A stretch of DNA of 38,542 nt, taken from a virus. Taxonomy: Duplodnaviria; Caudoviricetes. Each line of letters begins with the position of its first letter. The stretch's first letter is position 1. The position numbers were made by a program, and so were the translations under genes. This document shows positions 25,403 through 34,356 of the stretch, one piece after another. The notes beneath the pieces were generated by a model. That model was not told the DNA's origin and did not search any database. It saw only the letters and a list, made by a program, of their open reading frames with translations. The stretch covers positions 1-38,542 of the IMG/VR virus record IMGVR_UViG_3300011336_000137; one strand, written 5' to 3'.

Positions 25403-27382
25403 GTGGCTGGTCGTGATATTACCGAAGGTCGTGCAACGCGGGCAATTGCCGTTGACGTTGGTGTAGTTTCTACTACATCTATCTGGCAGAATACTGATGT
25501 GGCGTATGATACAGCCATTGGAGGTATGCCGTTTATCTATGCAATTAGCGATGCGCGTCCATACATCCGACAGACTGCACCATTCCGTAAGGAACAGTTT
25601 GATAACCAGACTGAACCAGGTGAGCAATCACTAACTGGTTGGTGGATTCGTAGTCAGCAATCCTTTCATGGCGGGGACGGTATAACTTTTTACGACCCAG
25701 CCCAGACTAATCCTAACTCTCCTGGACATTTTCGCTATGCTGATAGCAAGGGCGTTAATGTCTGGGAGCAAGGTCAGGTAACTCTACTTAACAATGTAGA
25801 TGCTGGGCATAACACTACTGGTCAAATCAAGAGCAATCTACGAGTAGACCAGCACATCCGTTCTATTAAATGGAACAACACATCTGGTGTACTATTGCAA
25901 GATGAGTATGATGTTGACAAGATTGCATCAGATGGAACAGTAACTCACTTTGTTGATTACAACTCAGGTGCTGATTCACCAGTCTATGCTATCTGTGATG
26001 ATGGAACTTTTGCATATTGGATTACTAATACCGCTACTAAGAAGACTGTCTACAAGAAGCCTTTAACTGGTACTTCTGCATCTACTGCAGATGTTACCAA
26101 GATGTTTGATGAAGTTGGCGTTATTAGTAATGCAACTATGGAATACGTGAAAGAGCGTATTGTTCTGTGTGCTGATAACAAAGTGTATGAGTTTGCTCCA
26201 ACAACAGCACTCATGCCAACACCAGTATACACACATCCTTCAACAACGCATATCTATACTAGCGTTGCAGCCTCAGGTCCTGCTATCTATGTTTCAGGAT
26301 ACAATGGTATCCAGTCTACAATCATTAAGTTCACACTATCAACTGCTGGCGTAATGCCAACACTCACATCTGCAATTACTGCAGCAGAGTTCCCAGTTGG
26401 TGAGATAGTACATAAGATTCACTATTATTTAGGTTACATGATAATTGGAACCAATAAGGGTATCCGTGTGGCTACAGTATCAGACCAAGATGGTTCGCTA
26501 TCTTATGGTCCGCTTATCGTGGAAACAACTCAGCCTTGCTATGACTTTGCTAGCCGTGACCATTACGTATGGTGCGCTACTGGCGTTGCTGGAGAACCTG
26601 GGGTTATCCGCATTGACCTAAGTCTTGAGGTTGAACCTCTACGATTTGCCTATGCTAATGACTTATACTTTAGTGGTATAACTGGACATCAGACTACTGG
26701 GTGTGCATTTGCTGATGGAACAGACCAATTAATGTTCTGTACTACAGCCACAACTTCTGGAGTAGGTTATGTATACTACGAAAACGAAGCAGAACTAATG
26801 CCAAGTGGATACCTAACCACAGGTTACATCCGCTACAACACACTAGAGCCTAAGAACTTCAAGCGTCTTGTTGCACGTGGTGACTTCGACTATGGTTCAA
26901 TGACATTGGAAACAGTTACAGCAGATGGAACAGAGTACGATGTAGTCGCATACGACGCGTCTGTACCACCAGTTGAAGTAACTACATCTAATCCACAGGA
27001 AGCACAGGAGTACTTGGCTTACAAGTTTATCCTATACCGTGATGGTACTACTGCTTCAAGAGGTCCTGTTATGAAGGGCTATCAGGCGAAAGCGACTATT
27101 GCTACTCCTCGCCAGCGAGTTATGAGATTCCCCGTCTATTGCTATGACGTGGAGACAGACCGATACAATGTACAGGTTGGCTATGAAGGCAGAGCCTTCG
27201 ATAGAATTAACCAACTAGAATCCGTTGAAGAAAACGGTGACGTTGTAACATGGCAGGACTTAACCACAGGTGAGTCTCGTCAGGCTGTAATTGAACAAAT
27301 CTCATTCACCCGCCTCACACCTCCAGACCGTGGATTCACTGGTTATGGTGGTGTCATTGATATCACGATTAGGACTGTGTAA
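25403..27382 (+). CDS. putative tail nozzle/tail tubular protein B-like (beta-propeller)
   Basis: 659 aa, beta-rich; last structural gene before lysis; GTG start with AAGGAG RBS. Confidence 0.6.
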   Translation: MAGRDITEGRATRAIAVDVGVVSTTSIWQNTDVAYDTAIGGMPFIYAISDARPYIRQTAPFRKEQFDNQTEPGEQSLTGWWIRSQQSFHGGDGITFYDPAQTNPNSPGHFRYADSKGVNVWEQGQVTLLNNVDAGHNTTGQIKSNLRVDQHIRSIKWNNTSGVLLQDEYDVDKIASDGTVTHFVDYNSGADSPVYAICDDGTFAYWITNTATKKTVYKKPLTGTSASTADVTKMFDEVGVISNATMEYVKERIVLCADNKVYEFAPTTALMPTPVYTHPSTTHIYTSVAASGPAIYVSGYNGIQSTIIKFTLSTAGVMPTLTSAITAAEFPVGEIVHKIHYYLGYMIIGTNKGIRVATVSDQDGSLSYGPLIVETTQPCYDFASRDHYVWCATGVAGEPGVIRIDLSLEVEPLRFAYANDLYFSGITGHQTTGCAFADGTDQLMFCTTATTSGVGYVYYENEAELMPSGYLTTGYIRYNTLEPKNFKRLVARGDFDYGSMTLETVTADGTEYDVVAYDASVPPVEVTTSNPQEAQEYLAYKFILYRDGTTASRGPVMKGYQAKATIATPRQRVMRFPVYCYDVETDRYNVQVGYEGRAFDRINQLESVEENGDVVTWQDLTTGESRQAVIEQISFTRLTPPDRGFTGYGGVIDITIRTV

Positions 27383-27588
27383 TGTCTGCTACCCAATGGC
27401 TAGGATTAGCCATCTCTGTCTGTACACTTGTTGGTGCTTTTGCTACGGCTGTTCGTTGGTTAGTTAAGCACTACCTCTACGAACTCAAGCCCAACTCTGG
27501 CTCAAGCCTCAAGGACTCGGTTATTAGACTTGAAGAAAAAGTAGAAATCCTTTATCAGATGATGATACAAAGAGGGAAGAATGAATGA
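27382..27588 (+). CDS. membrane protein, holin-like
   Basis: N-terminal TM; PNSGSSLKDSVIRLE motif of actinophage lysis-cassette proteins. Confidence 0.6.
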   Translation: MSATQWLGLAISVCTLVGAFATAVRWLVKHYLYELKPNSGSSLKDSVIRLEEKVEILYQMMIQRGKNE

Positions 27589-28052
27589 AACCTGTTGTCA
27601 AGAAAGCCACACCTGCCGCTATTGCTGTCCTTCGCCAAGCCACCAAGATAGCACCATCGCGTTCGAAAGCATCCGATGGACTTCTGCCGTCGAAAGCACA
27701 TCAGGCACAGAACCCCAACTCAGACCATAACTCAGGTCTTGCAGTAGACTTAACCCATGACCCTGCTCGCAACATTGATTGCCATGAAATCTATGAGCAA
27801 CTCAAGAAAGACAAGCGAGTAAAGTATCTAATCTTCAAGGGTCAGATTTGGATTCCTGGTAGAGGCGATAAGCCATATACTGGTAGCAATCCACATAACA
27901 AGCATTTACATATATCAATCAAGGATAACTGTGGGAATGATGACTCTCCATGGTTCCCATGGCTAGACAAGCCTAAGTTCTCTACTGTTGACCAAGCCAG
28001 GTTAGCGGCATCCAGACTAAAGCCCCTACCAAAGAAGAAAGAGAAGAAATGA
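27585..28052 (+). CDS. endolysin, M15-like Zn peptidase
   Basis: SDH-x6-D (HNSGLAVD) and HxH (HLH) zinc ligands; flanked by membrane proteins. Confidence 0.7.
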   Translation: MKPVVKKATPAAIAVLRQATKIAPSRSKASDGLLPSKAHQAQNPNSDHNSGLAVDLTHDPARNIDCHEIYEQLKKDKRVKYLIFKGQIWIPGRGDKPYTGSNPHNKHLHISIKDNCGNDDSPWFPWLDKPKFSTVDQARLAASRLKPLPKKKEKK

Positions 28053-28246
28053 AACTAAGCAAGAAGCAGAAAGCAGTATTAAAGTCATACCTACGTGGTG
28101 TGCTTGTATCATTCCTGTCCTTCCTAGCAGCAAATGAACTAGGGCTAGACCCAGCGTTCTCTATTGCAATTGCCTCCATAGCAGGTCCTGCTGCCAAGGC
28201 ACTAGATAAGACTGAAACTGAATACGGACTAGGCTCCGAAAAGTAG
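28049..28246 (+). CDS. holin
   Basis: 65 aa, two hydrophobic segments, basic N-terminus. Confidence 0.65.
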   Translation: MKLSKKQKAVLKSYLRGVLVSFLSFLAANELGLDPAFSIAIASIAGPAAKALDKTETEYGLGSEK

Positions 28247-28275
28247 CCCAAATAAGCCTTAGAAGGCTGTTTTAA

Positions 28276-28329
28276 GACAAGAAAGCCCCTTACCTTAGTG
28301 ATTATACTAGGGCGAGGGGCTCTTTTGTC
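28276..28329. terminator. bidirectional terminator
   Basis: GACAAGAAAGCCCCT...AGGGGCTCTTTTGTC long stem between convergent genes. Confidence 0.75.
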
Positions 28330-28340
28330 GTTTCTAAAGG

Positions 28341-28493
28341 TTAACGCTCATACTCTTCTTCGAGTTCTTCAAGCCATAGCGTGTATTGCTTTCCTCGGAT
28401 TCGTGCCTTGATGTCGTAGTATGCTGCCTCTAAGGCATAGAATACGGTGATACCAACAAGTGAACCTAGTGCTGCTTCTAGAAAATTGGACAT
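28341..28493 (-). CDS. small membrane protein, 50 aa (MSNFLEAALGSLVGITVFYALEAAYY...)
   Basis: AAGGAG RBS; own divergent promoter; read manually. Confidence 0.7.
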   Translation of the reverse strand: MSNFLEAALGSLVGITVFYALEAAYYDIKARIRGKQYTLWLEELEEEYER

Positions 28494-28505
28494 AGTACTC
28501 CTTAG

Positions 28506-28550
28506 ATATAATATATATTATATTATAAGGCCGAAGGCCTTTATATAATT
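28506..28550. other. AT-rich tract with GC hairpin AAGGCC-GAA-GGCCTT (candidate origin element)
   Basis: Directly visible; sits just upstream of the replication genes. Confidence 0.4.
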
Positions 28551-28563
28551 ACTTACATAACTA

Positions 28564-28624
28564 AGTATACACAGCCATAACCCAATCGTTGGATAGCATC
28601 GGTCTACCAATTGCTGTGTATAAT
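28564..28624. promoter_or_regulatory. back-to-back divergent promoters
   Basis: GCTGTGTATAAT on + (28613-28624) and GCTGTGTATACT on - (28575-28564), forming a perfect 10-bp inverted repeat. Confidence 0.7.
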
Positions 28625-28631
28625 TCTATAT

Positions 28632-28823
28632 ATGTCAATCGAACTAGAAGAATATACCTTACCAGAGCACATGTCGTACTCTGCATTTACAACCTACTTA
28701 ACTTGTGGGTATCAGTACTATCTCGGCAGACTCCTCAACAAGGAGGAAGCCCCATCCGTCTGGTCTGTTGGCGGTTCAGCGTTCCACCTAGCGTGTGAAA
28801 ACTACGACAAGGAGAACATGTGA
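28632..28823 (+). CDS. Cas4/AddB-like PD-(D/E)XK exonuclease, N-terminal piece
   Basis: SYS..TTYLTC..QYY and G.AFH.A.E motifs; ATG 7 nt after TATAAT (probably leaderless). Confidence 0.75.
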   Translation: MSIELEEYTLPEHMSYSAFTTYLTCGYQYYLGRLLNKEEAPSVWSVGGSAFHLACENYDKENM

Positions 28824-29431
28824 GCACTCAGCAACTATGGGACCAAGCATGGCTTGAGTCCAAAGGTGACACCGACTTAACCAATGCACGTGTTGGTGGT
28901 CGCGCTACCAAGGCTAACCCCAACAAGGAAGATATTACATTCTGGCAAACTGCTGGACCTAAATGGGTAGAAGCCTACATCGCATGGCGCAAGGCTAATG
29001 CTAACTGGAAAATCTGGACAGCACCAGATGGCAATCCAGGAATCGAACTTGCGCTCACTCCTGTTGTGGCTGGTGTTCCAGTCAAGATGATTATTGACCG
29101 CGTATTTGAAGTCAATGGGGAGTTAGTAATTGTCGACTTAAAGACATCACAGAACACACCAACTAGCAGTCTACAACTTGGCTTTTACAAACTAGGTCTT
29201 GAACAGACCTTCGGTGTCAATGTCAAGTGGGGAACCTACTACATGTCGCGTGGCAGTAATGTCTCGGAGATGGTAGACCTGTCTGAGTACACGTACGACA
29301 AGATGGAATACCTAATCACGCAATTTGACAAAGCGCGTAAGAGCGCGATATTCTTACCCAACACAAACAGTTGCCAGTACATGTGTGGTCTCACCGAGTA
29401 CTGTCAATTCTCTATCAAGAAGGATAAATAA
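28820..29431 (+). CDS. Cas4/AddB-like PD-(D/E)XK exonuclease, catalytic piece
   Basis: IIDRV...IVDLKTS, QLGFY, C-terminal CxxxCxxxxxC; GTG start with AAGGAG RBS. Confidence 0.85.
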   Translation: MSTQQLWDQAWLESKGDTDLTNARVGGRATKANPNKEDITFWQTAGPKWVEAYIAWRKANANWKIWTAPDGNPGIELALTPVVAGVPVKMIIDRVFEVNGELVIVDLKTSQNTPTSSLQLGFYKLGLEQTFGVNVKWGTYYMSRGSNVSEMVDLSEYTYDKMEYLITQFDKARKSAIFLPNTNSCQYMCGLTEYCQFSIKKDK

Positions 29432-29836
29432 ATGGCCGAAGATTGGAAACTACAAGTCTCCTACAAGACACCTGCGGGTGACATGATTAACGTACGAGCA
29501 CAGACAGCAGATGAATTGAGCGTCCTATTGGAATCAATGGGCGACTATTCAACTCAGATTGCTGCGGTGCAGCGTTTGGTAGTCGGTGCTCATGGGGTAG
29601 CCCCTTTAGCGACATCGCCTTCAACTCAAGGCACTCCGCCACCAGTCTCCTCCGCACCACCCCAGGCTCAGGCTCCGTCCGCTATGGGAGCACCAACCCC
29701 CGTACAGGGTGGACCGACGTGCCAACACGGACCTCGCAAGTACAAGTCGGGAATCTCCAGCAAGACGGGAAATCCTTACGCGATGTGGGTCTGTCCGATG
29801 CCTCAGGGCGCGGACCAGTGCAAGCCAGTCAATTAG
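29432..29836 (+). CDS. hypothetical DNA-metabolism protein with C-terminal Zn ribbon
   Basis: Pro-rich linker, then CQHG...K.G.S..TG.PY..W.CP...C; lies between nuclease and helicase. Confidence 0.7.
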   Translation: MAEDWKLQVSYKTPAGDMINVRAQTADELSVLLESMGDYSTQIAAVQRLVVGAHGVAPLATSPSTQGTPPPVSSAPPQAQAPSAMGAPTPVQGGPTCQHGPRKYKSGISSKTGNPYAMWVCPMPQGADQCKPVN

Positions 29837-29879
29837 TACCAGAGCAATTTCCATTTTAACTAACTAGAAAGGGAGTCCA

Positions 29880-30662
29880 ATGAGAACTCTAGTACGTTCA
29901 GTCGGTAGAGCCTCCATTGGAGGGGAACCCCTTCCTAGTTCGTTTAAGGCGTTCGAACAGAACAAGATTATCATACGTCGTTCAGAAGTTTCTATGTTTG
30001 CGGGTGCTCCTGGGGCTGGTAAATCTACACTAGCCCTAGCACTTGCACTCAAGACTAATGTGCCAACATTGTATATCTCAGCAGATACCAATGCGCACAC
30101 CATGGCTATGCGTTTGGCATCAATGATTTCGGGGAAGAGTCAGTCAGACGTAGAACAGAAACTTAATACTGATGTTGGTTGGACTAAAGCAGTCCTCCAA
30201 AGAGGAAATCATATAGTCTGGTCGTTTGAATCGTCACCTACATTAGAAGACATCGATGAGGAAGTCCAAGCATTTGAGGAACTATGGGGTTGCCCACCGT
30301 CTCTCATTGTCTTGGACAACCTCATGGATGTAGCCACAGATGGAGGCGAAGAGTTCGCATCTATGCGAGCGATTATGAAGGAGTTGAAGTTCCTTGCAAG
30401 AGACACTAATGCAGCGATTGTTGTACTACATCACACTTCGGAGGCAGTTCCAGGCAATCCTTGCCAGCCAAGAAGTGCAATTCAAGGAAAGGTCTCTCAA
30501 CTCCCTGCGCTCATATGTACACTCGGGACTGTTGGCACATCAATGGGCGTTGCATCAGTCAAGAATCGCTACGGAAGAGCAGATGCCAACGGAACGCTCA
30601 TGACTTGGCTAGCATTCAACCCAGAATATATGTACATCGATGATATACCAGAGAATGTGTGA
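29880..30662 (+). CDS. DnaB-like (RecA-fold) helicase
   Basis: Walker A GAPGAGKS, Walker B IVLDNL, VLHH and VKNRYG arginine finger. Confidence 0.88.
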   Translation: MRTLVRSVGRASIGGEPLPSSFKAFEQNKIIIRRSEVSMFAGAPGAGKSTLALALALKTNVPTLYISADTNAHTMAMRLASMISGKSQSDVEQKLNTDVGWTKAVLQRGNHIVWSFESSPTLEDIDEEVQAFEELWGCPPSLIVLDNLMDVATDGGEEFASMRAIMKELKFLARDTNAAIVVLHHTSEAVPGNPCQPRSAIQGKVSQLPALICTLGTVGTSMGVASVKNRYGRADANGTLMTWLAFNPEYMYIDDIPENV

Positions 30663-30663
30663 T

Positions 30664-30861
30664 ATGGAAAAAACATTACAGATACATATTCAGGAATTGC
30701 GAGAGAAGATTGCTCAAGAGATTGAGAAGGCTTGCTACTTTATCCCAAATGAGAAGATGAGGGATACGGGTAGCGGTAAACCTAGCGCATACATAGAGGG
30801 AATTACTAACGGCAGAAACCAAGCGATTGAAATTATAAGGGGAAACAATGTTAATGGATGA
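30664..30861 (+). CDS. hypothetical protein
   Basis: MEKTLQIHIQELREKIAQEIE...AIEIIRG; starts right after the helicase stop. Confidence 0.65.
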   Translation: MEKTLQIHIQELREKIAQEIEKACYFIPNEKMRDTGSGKPSAYIEGITNGRNQAIEIIRGNNVNG

Positions 30862-31024
30862 CACTTTAAGAGAATCAAAAGAACAAGCATACTTACGAGG
30901 ATGGCAAGATGCAGCAGATGCAATTACATCTAACTTTGAGAATGCGCTTCGCACAGCAATCGATTCAGTAGCAGTACCTAACTTTGAGGATAACGATGAC
31001 AACAAGGAAGAGTCACAAGGCTAG
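30848..31024 (+). CDS. acidic hypothetical protein, 58 aa
   Basis: AAGGGG RBS; fills the gap in the operon; read manually. Confidence 0.55.
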   Translation: MLMDDTLRESKEQAYLRGWQDAADAITSNFENALRTAIDSVAVPNFEDNDDNKEESQG

Positions 31025-31364
31025 AGGTGCGACGTATGAAACCGACATCCGAGACTGGTTTAGAGCAAATGGATACGATAGTGAACGACTTGCTCGAACA
31101 GGTGCGAAAGATGAGGGTGACGTTGTTGTCCGCAAAGACTTCCTTGGAAGCATTGGTGTTATCGAATGTAAAGCGCCAGGTGCAGGCAACGCCATTGACC
31201 TTAGTGGTTGGACCAAAGAAGCCCAACTCGAGGCAGTTCACTACGCGGAAGCAAGAGGACTTGATAAAAGCCAAGTCTTACCCGCGGTACTAATCAAAGC
31301 AAGAGGCAAGTCAATAGCAGATTCATATCTAGTATTAAGGTTGGGCGATGTATTTGGTGGATGA
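30996..31364 (+). CDS. Holliday junction resolvase (Hjc-like PD-(D/E)XK)
   Basis: KARG..YE....W....GY, GDV and IECK motifs. Confidence 0.8.
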   Translation: MTTRKSHKARGATYETDIRDWFRANGYDSERLARTGAKDEGDVVVRKDFLGSIGVIECKAPGAGNAIDLSGWTKEAQLEAVHYAEARGLDKSQVLPAVLIKARGKSIADSYLVLRLGDVFGG

Positions 31365-31722
31365 CTTACCAGACATAGTAGCGGTGTTGAAGCACTACGG
31401 TGCCAACATTACTCGAGCGTCTGGTCAAGTCAACATCAAGTGTCCGTTCCACAATGATAGTCATGCAAGTGCAAGTTTCAATACAAGACAGAATATATTT
31501 AATTGCTTCGCGTGTGGTATGCAAGGCAATAGCATTCAAATAATTGCTAAACAAGAAAGGTGCGATATACGTGAAGCAAAGTCAATCGCAGAAGGAATTA
31601 CTGGGGAGAGCCACCAGCAAGTACGCGGAAAGCATCTCTCTGGCGGAAGATTACCTAGCAAGCAGGGGAATAACAAAGGAAGCAGCGCGTCTGGCGCGAT
31701 TAGGCGTAGTAGAGGAGCCTGA
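31357..31722 (+). CDS. primase zinc-binding domain (CHC2)
   Basis: CPFHND...FNCFACG. Confidence 0.85.
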   Translation: MDDLPDIVAVLKHYGANITRASGQVNIKCPFHNDSHASASFNTRQNIFNCFACGMQGNSIQIIAKQERCDIREAKSIAEGITGESHQQVRGKHLSGGRLPSKQGNNKGSSASGAIRRSRGA

Positions 31723-32197
31723 ACCTGGACATGAACAGTACACAGGAAGGCTCAGTATTCCGTACATTACGAAGACTGGCGTGGTTGATTTGCGTTTTCG
31801 CTCTCTTAATCCTGCCGTTGAACCGAAGTATATGGGTATGGTTGGTGCTGACACTCGCATGTACAACGTACTTGACATTGAGTATGCTGGCGATTGGATT
31901 GGAGTCTGTGAGGGCGAGTTGGACACGCTTACTATGTCTCGCTTGGTTGGAATTCCCTGCGTTGGCGTTCCTGGAGCGAACTCTTGGAAAAAACACTATA
32001 CAAGACTCCTTGCGGATTTCGAACGTGTCTTTGTTTTCGCCGACGGTGATGCCCCAGGGCGTGAATTTGCAGCGTCCCTATCGCGTGAACTACCAGTCAC
32101 CACCATTACCTTCGGAGACGGAGAGGATGTTAACTCAGCATATATTAAATATGGGGCGGGCTTCATTAAAGAAAAGATGGGACTAAACATTGATTGA
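31571..32197 (+). CDS. DNA primase, TOPRIM catalytic domain
   Basis: YL.SRGI, FR, PKY, CEGELD, GVPG, ADGDAPG and DVN motifs. Confidence 0.88.
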   Translation: MKQSQSQKELLGRATSKYAESISLAEDYLASRGITKEAARLARLGVVEEPEPGHEQYTGRLSIPYITKTGVVDLRFRSLNPAVEPKYMGMVGADTRMYNVLDIEYAGDWIGVCEGELDTLTMSRLVGIPCVGVPGANSWKKHYTRLLADFERVFVFADGDAPGREFAASLSRELPVTTITFGDGEDVNSAYIKYGAGFIKEKMGLNID

Positions 32198-32543
32198 CAT
32201 TCCACCATGTAAGATTTGCGGACAGCATTTCGATAACATCTTCGAAGCAACCGACCATCTTATAGAGGACAACGGCGAAGAAGAATTCAATCCAGAGATA
32301 ATCTTACCTAATGGGTACAGACTATTAGTTGGTAGCCTACTACGTCAACTCTTTGACAAGGCAGATGACCCAGAGGAAGTACGTTCTATTGTACAACTAA
32401 CATACGGAACGCTGTATGCAGCGGAGTCAGACATTGGTCTGATGAAGAAGTTAGTTGAGGATGCAATTATACATGAGCATATGACTGACATAGATGAAGA
32501 ATTAATAGAACTACTAGACAAGGGAGACGACAATGGCAAATAA
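32190..32543 (+). CDS. hypothetical protein with C2H-type motif
   Basis: CKICGQHF...H; overlaps both neighbours in the operon. Confidence 0.65.
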   Translation: MIDIPPCKICGQHFDNIFEATDHLIEDNGEEEFNPEIILPNGYRLLVGSLLRQLFDKADDPEEVRSIVQLTYGTLYAAESDIGLMKKLVEDAIIHEHMTDIDEELIELLDKGDDNGK

Positions 32544-32820
32544 TAAATTCGTCAATGACTTAGGCGATACAACCTCAGAGTTGTTCGACTTGCTTCTATC
32601 GAAGCATGCCGACTATGGTCCAAAGAACATTAGCGATAGTCCAGGTGGACCACTCAATGGTCTGCGTGTACGAATGCATGACAAGTTAGCACGAATCAAT
32701 AACCTAGTTGATAGCGGTGCTAAACCAGAACATGAGTCCCTTGAGGACTCCTTCAAGGATATGGCAAACTATGCAATCATCGGATTGCTAGTACTGAGAG
32801 GACAATGGGATAGCGAATGA
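32533..32820 (+). CDS. DUF1599/nucleotide-modification-associated domain 1 protein (MazG-like all-alpha)
   Basis: K.ADYG, RMHDKLAR, ESLEDSFKDMANYAII. Confidence 0.8.
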   Translation: MANNKFVNDLGDTTSELFDLLLSKHADYGPKNISDSPGGPLNGLRVRMHDKLARINNLVDSGAKPEHESLEDSFKDMANYAIIGLLVLRGQWDSE

Positions 32821-33137
32821 AGATATTCGGACCATACAAAGGTAGCAAGCAGAACGGTGGACGACCAATCTACGTGTTCAAGCGTAAGAAAAAGGACGGC
32901 ACTACTGTCACTACCTCTAGCAATAAGGCTCGCATTGACTATGAAAAGGCTACAGGTAAGACATTACCTAAGGACTCAGAAGTAGACCACAAGAATAACA
33001 AGGGTCGTGCAGGCGACGACCGCATCTCTAACCTACGTGTACTTAAGAAGAAGGACAACGTTGCACTAGAAAATAAGCGACGTGCTAAGCCTACTACTAA
33101 GAAAACTACTAAGAAAGCGGTTAAAAAGAAGCCATGA
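32817..33137 (+). CDS. HNH endonuclease-like protein with basic tail
   Basis: EVDHKNN...DD.ISNL......DN. Confidence 0.7.
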   Translation: MKIFGPYKGSKQNGGRPIYVFKRKKKDGTTVTTSSNKARIDYEKATGKTLPKDSEVDHKNNKGRAGDDRISNLRVLKKKDNVALENKRRAKPTTKKTTKKAVKKKP

Positions 33138-33877
33138 AAACTATAGTCTGCGTCTCCGATTTGCAAATACCTTATCACGATAAGCGTGCCGTTGCTAACC
33201 TTGCTGCTTTCATTAAGGCATACAAGCCTACCGAAGTAGTATCCGTTGGTGATGAAATGGATATGCAGACTATTTCTAAATGGTCAAAGGGAACTCCACT
33301 AGAGTATGAACGCTCTATTGGTAGGGATAGGGACGAGACCACTCGGGTACTCGAGTCACTCAAGGTCAAGCATATCATTCGGTCAAACCACACGGACCGA
33401 TTGTATAACACGGTTATGATGCGTGCTCCTGGGTTACTTGGGCTACCCGAGTTGGACTTACCACAGTTCTTACGCCTACCAGATATCGGTGCTACATACC
33501 ATGAGAAGCCTTATGAGTTAGCACCTAACTGGTTGCTTATGCATGGCGATGAAGGCTCTATGAAGTCTATTGGCGGGCTTACAGCCCTTGGTTTAGCGAT
33601 GCGTACGGGTAAATCCGTAGTGTGTGGACACACGCACCGCATGGGTTTATCACATCATACTCAATCGTATGGTAACTCTACACCTCAGACTGTATGGGGT
33701 ATGGAAGTTGGAAACCTCATGAAGTACAAGGAAGCCAAATATATTAAGGGTGGACTGTTCACATGGCAACAGGGCTTCGGTATGTTGTATGTAGATGGCA
33801 AGACAGTAGTTCCAGTAACAATTCCAATCGCTAAAGATGGTTCATTCATTGTGGAAGGTAAGGTGTGGGGTCGATGA
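33134..33877 (+). CDS. calcineurin-like metallophosphoesterase
   Basis: SDLQ, GDEMD, SNH, HGD and GHTH motifs. Confidence 0.88.
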   Translation: MKTIVCVSDLQIPYHDKRAVANLAAFIKAYKPTEVVSVGDEMDMQTISKWSKGTPLEYERSIGRDRDETTRVLESLKVKHIIRSNHTDRLYNTVMMRAPGLLGLPELDLPQFLRLPDIGATYHEKPYELAPNWLLMHGDEGSMKSIGGLTALGLAMRTGKSVVCGHTHRMGLSHHTQSYGNSTPQTVWGMEVGNLMKYKEAKYIKGGLFTWQQGFGMLYVDGKTVVPVTIPIAKDGSFIVEGKVWGR

Positions 33878-34356
33878 AACTTATATTAGACCCAGCATCT
33901 TCGATGCGTTCTTTCTATTTCGATAAGAAAGATGAGCGAGTTTTATTTGGTGACATACGCGAGGACGAGACTCACCTGCTTACTAACGGGCAGGTTATCC
34001 ACATTAAGCCAGATGAGGTAATGGATTTTAGAAACATTCCTTATCCAGATGAGTCTTTTCAATGCGTAGTGTTCGACCCACCTCACATGTTGAAACTAAC
34101 TGAAAAGTCTTGGATGAGAAAAAAGTATGGCGTTCTTGATGATGAGACATGGCAAGACGATATCAGACAAGGGTTTGCTGAATGCTTTAGAGTATTAAAG
34201 AATGAAGGTACTTTAATCTTCAAATGGAATGAGGTATCAATCCCATTGAGAAAGATTCTAGCCCTCACCGATTACAAAGCAGTGCTAGGTCATCCATCAG
34301 GCAAGAGAATGGGAACACATTGGGTTCTATTTATGAAGACAAAGGTGTCAGAATGA
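33874..34356 (+). CDS. SAM-dependent methyltransferase (amino-MTase-like)
   Basis: ILDPASS.R, FGDIR, VFDPPH and ECFRVLK..G.LIFKW. Confidence 0.82.
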   Translation: MKLILDPASSMRSFYFDKKDERVLFGDIREDETHLLTNGQVIHIKPDEVMDFRNIPYPDESFQCVVFDPPHMLKLTEKSWMRKKYGVLDDETWQDDIRQGFAECFRVLKNEGTLIFKWNEVSIPLRKILALTDYKAVLGHPSGKRMGTHWVLFMKTKVSE

